Shown here: positions 22,701-23,006 of the stretch, one piece after another
Position numbering within the stretch: position 1 is the stretch's first letter
How the letters are laid out: every line of letters begins with the position of its first letter
DNA from: Paraspadella gotoi
Taxonomy: Eukaryota; Animalia; Chaetognatha
Assembly: GCA_051294375.1 (NCBI GenBank)
Contig: CM119264.1
Span: 1 to 23,006 of the forward strand
Reading direction: 5' to 3'
Length of the DNA stretch: 23,006 nucleotides
Notes under the pieces: model-generated
Databases searched by the model: none
Seen by the model: only the letters and a program-made list of their open reading frames with translations
Told to the model about the DNA's origin: nothing
Program-made: the position numbers and the translations under genes

Positions 22701-23006
22701 TTACCTTTAATTTATGATGNNNNNNNNNNNNNNNNNNNNNNNNNNNNNNNNNNNNNNNNNNNNNNNNNNNNNNNNNNNNNNNNNNNNNNNNNNNNNNNNN
22801 NNNNNNNNNNNNNNNNNNNNNNNNNNNNNNNNNNNNNNNNNNNNNNNNNNNNNNNNNNNNNNNNNNNNNNNNNNNNNNNNNNNNNNNNNNNNNNNNNNNN
22901 NNNNNNNAATCATTAGAACCAATTGAACAGATGTCAAAAAGTTTAGGTTATCTAGGTAATGTTCCTTGTTCAATAAAATGGATCAATACGCATAAAGTTC
23001 CTATTC
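19744..23006 (+). CDS. Secreted MACPF-domain (perforin-like) protein, copy C (3' truncated by window end, N-gapped)
   Basis: Exon 1 at 19744-19837, MWLLQCLLFWQLCRFFFATKAAVASEIATNA (signal-like, GTGAGA donor). Intron to a polypyrimidine-CAG at 20443. Large exon with FEVTLDTINPSDLSIGFLSDFLQLP (21614-21688), MACPF signature FILRYGTHYVKSAKFGGEL (Y..GG at 21743-21781), then VEVEGGDPE and FTKWCNSIAKYQRPFEFTLGKISSIL, typical MACPF C-terminal motifs. One stop and a few indels at 20453-20780. Confidence 0.9.
19977..20424. repeat. Tandem duplication, ~207-bp unit x2 (period 239) in intron 1 of copy C
   Basis: CCACTTCATTGATA..AAGCCAGGTACTCTGGGAGTGAA...TACCAATTTCAT at 19977-20184 and 20216-20424, separated by a (TA)n spacer. 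Confidence 0.95.

Noticed and set aside
14615-23006. Fold-back chimeric read artefact producing the B/C inversion
   Set aside because: The differences are in-frame substitutions with many silent changes, and the centre is not palindromic. An allelic mis-join is not excluded.

Overview
AT-rich, intron-containing eukaryotic (probably invertebrate animal) DNA from a draft assembly with N-gaps and indel-rich stretches. It holds three paralogous genes for a large, probably secreted MACPF (perforin-like) protein. Copy A (minus, about 3.0-8.1 kb) is heavily frameshifted. Copy B (minus) has its core at about 13.4-17.1 kb and probable further exons down to about 11.2 kb. Copy C (plus) runs from 19.7 kb to the window end and carries the intact signature YGTHYVKSAKFGG. 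B and C are about 93% identical in a hand-aligned block and lie head-to-head. The inferred architecture is signal exon, then one exon of about 3.5 kb (N-terminal region, MACPF with a double glycine zipper in its TMH1 region, unassigned region, furin-like Cys repeats, EGF), then small EGF exons, an F5/8C/fucolectin-like module and a kringle. Non-coding parts contain two Helentron/DINE-1-like elements, a fold-back, a possible MITE and several tandem repeats. All domain calls come from manual translation and motif recognition; no database searches were run.
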